Positions 63,201 through 64,000 of a stretch of DNA of 64,000 bases are shown piece after piece. The position numbers were made by a program, and so were the translations under genes. Origin of the DNA: Catajapyx aquilonaris (lineage: Eukaryota); the NCBI GenBank assembly GCA_000934665.2, contig KZ538019.1, positions 1-64,000 of the forward strand, in the 5' to 3' direction. Each line of letters begins with the position of its first letter. Positions within the stretch are counted from its first letter, which is position 1. A model generated the notes under the pieces. The model ran no database searches, had not been told where the DNA came from, and saw only the letters and a program-made list of their open reading frames with translations.

Positions 63201-63820
63201 CTTTCTGTATGTGAAAAGTCCAATATTAACAATTTAGTTGATAAGCAGAAATTTAAATATACCATTGGAGCCTCTCAGGCTCCACCTACGTAGTTAAAGG
63301 TGTTTCACCCACCTATGTAGTTAAGGGTTAAAAACTTGCCATATTCACATGGGCCCATTAGCTGCTGTATCTAGTGTTTATAACACTGCAGTACTGGATT
63401 AAGCATTTCGCAAATGTTTTGGCAAGGGGTTCCACACTGCCCAAAAAATGTACATGGAGTTTTGGAGTTTGAGGAGTTTCCTGAGTTTTGACATGGGTGT
63501 GCAGGGAAGTGTGTAACCCCTCATGTTTTCCAGTTCAAAGTGCATCCCAAATTGTGCATGAGCAATTAATGGTGTAAGAATACTCATTGTAATACGGTGG
63601 ATCAAACTGATCAAAATTAGTCATTTTCATAAACTATGAAATTTCTTTTGCGTGTAAATGAACAACTCATTAAGTGAACGTGAACTGGAGCAGCAGGTTG
63701 CTCCTTCAGTAACTCTCATTTTCTTTTCATTTATTTTCAGACGATTGCCAGAACATCGCCGCCATCACAAAGGCCTTGGGGTTGAAAGGTTACGTCTTCC
63801 AAGAAACAGGAAGTGTCTAG
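60092..63820 (+). CDS. ERI3: ERI1 exoribonuclease family member 3 (DEDDh 3'-5' exonuclease), 5 exons: 60092-60244, 60308-60442, 61149-61349, 61411-61507, 63741-63820; 221 aa (alternative start ATG 60152)
   Basis: ExoI FLVLDFEATC, QEVIEFP, HPKLTDFCVQLTGISQ, ExoII FVTCGDWDL, WINIKK and ExoIII GRLHSGIDDCQNIA. No SAP domain, as in ERI3. All junctions are GT-AG and in frame (666 nt). Confidence 0.93.
60308..60442 (+). CDS. ERI3: ERI3 exon 2 (EVIEFPCL...LTGISQ)
   Basis: Follows a 63-nt intron; phase 0-0; conserved ERI motifs. Confidence 0.92.
60850..60958. mobile_element. 109-bp palindromic MITE, PIF/Harbinger (Tourist)-like, in ERI3 intron 2
   Basis: Two 54-bp inverted arms around a single T (60904) with 3 mismatches; GGGC...GCCC termini; TAA on both sides (60847-49 and 60959-61). 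Confidence 0.75.
61149..61349 (+). CDS. ERI3: ERI3 exon 3 (ETVDDA...FVTCGDWDL...WINIKK)
   Basis: ExoII motif; phase 0-0. Confidence 0.92.
61411..61507 (+). CDS. ERI3: ERI3 exon 4 (SFAHVM...LGRLHSGI)
   Basis: tttattacag acceptor; contains the catalytic His; phase 0-1. Confidence 0.9.
61568..62245 (-). mobile_element. Internally deleted long-TIR Tc1/mariner-superfamily element in ERI3 intron 4
   Basis: Diverged inverted arms of about 270 bp (caaggtgtcccactcgctac... / ...gtagcgagtgggac). Minus-strand transposase C-terminal remnant SPWSPYLMPPDYFLWAFLK / KPQSIDTLRENIIQEI...GDLFQHML* resembles the W-P-x-x-SPDL-x-P-x-D-x-x-LWG-x-LK motif. TA follows the right end. Confidence 0.85.
61684..61912 (-). 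pseudogene. Tc1/mariner transposase C-terminal fragment (frameshifted, with stop)
   Basis: 61836-61684 reads KPQSIDTLRENIIQEIQAVYQVMLARIFHNMERHVQTYLDAYGDLFQHML*. The SPDL-like motif lies just upstream in another frame. Confidence 0.8.
62856..63327. mobile_element. Non-autonomous piggyBac-like element (472 bp) in ERI3 intron 4
   Basis: TTAA on both sides (62852-55 and 63328-31); CCCTT...AAGGG termini; about 36-bp TIR cccttaactacgtaggtggagcctgagaggctccaa mirrored at 63265-63300. Confidence 0.82.
63741..63820 (+). CDS. ERI3: ERI3 exon 5 (DDCQNIAAITKALGLKGYVFQETGSV*)
   Basis: ttattttcag acceptor; completes the HSGIDD ExoIII motif; TAG stop. Confidence 0.9.
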
Positions 63821-63837
63821 AAGTGTGCGCATTTGTC

Positions 63838-63852
63838 GAAGAAGAAGAAGAA
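63838..63852. repeat. (GAA)5 repeat in the ERI3 3' UTR
   Basis: Direct reading of the sequence. Confidence 0.75.
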
Positions 63853-64000
63853 GAGGAGAGAGAAAAACAGTTTGCATGATCTTATCAGCCTGGCAAGTGT
63901 TTGTCATAATGGGCGATTAGTGATCTTTTAAAAAATACGGATGAACCAGGAGGGGCAAAGGGTGAAGGTTTATGTCTGAGTTATTATCACCCTTGCATCT

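Noticed and set aside
1..64000. CRISPR arrays, operons, prokaryotic defence systems, rRNA or tRNA genes
   Set aside because: The DNA is clearly spliceosomal-intron-containing eukaryotic sequence; no repeat-spacer arrays or structured RNA genes were seen.

Overview
This window is eukaryotic, intron-rich animal DNA (probably an invertebrate, likely an arthropod; the taxon cannot be fixed from sequence alone). It holds two spliced + strand genes. (1) A class IA PI3K regulatory subunit (p85/PIK3R family) with an expanded architecture: C1-SAM-C1-RhoGAP(BH)-Pro-rich-nSH2-iSH2-cSH2. I reconstructed its exons by hand; all junctions are GT-AG and phase-compatible. A 48-nt microexon at 35499-35546 splices into an acceptor at 40206 and builds most of the first C1 domain. 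The preceding exon was not found, so positions 1-35.5 kb are probably one large intron. The 40206 exon also appears to be the 3' end of a 762-nt alternative first coding exon (ATG 39548). That isoform would be 1097 aa, with a unique N-terminus carrying a YxxM motif, an Akt-type RPRSSSF site and a Cys string encoded by the other isoform's acceptor region. (2) A complete 5-exon ERI3-type DEDDh exoribonuclease (60092-63820). Its introns contain three different inverted-repeat DNA-transposon derivatives: a palindromic Harbinger-like MITE, a long-TIR Tc1/mariner remnant and a non-autonomous piggyBac-like element. Most ORFs in the supplied track are spurious. No prokaryotic systems, CRISPR arrays, rRNA or intact tRNA genes were seen.
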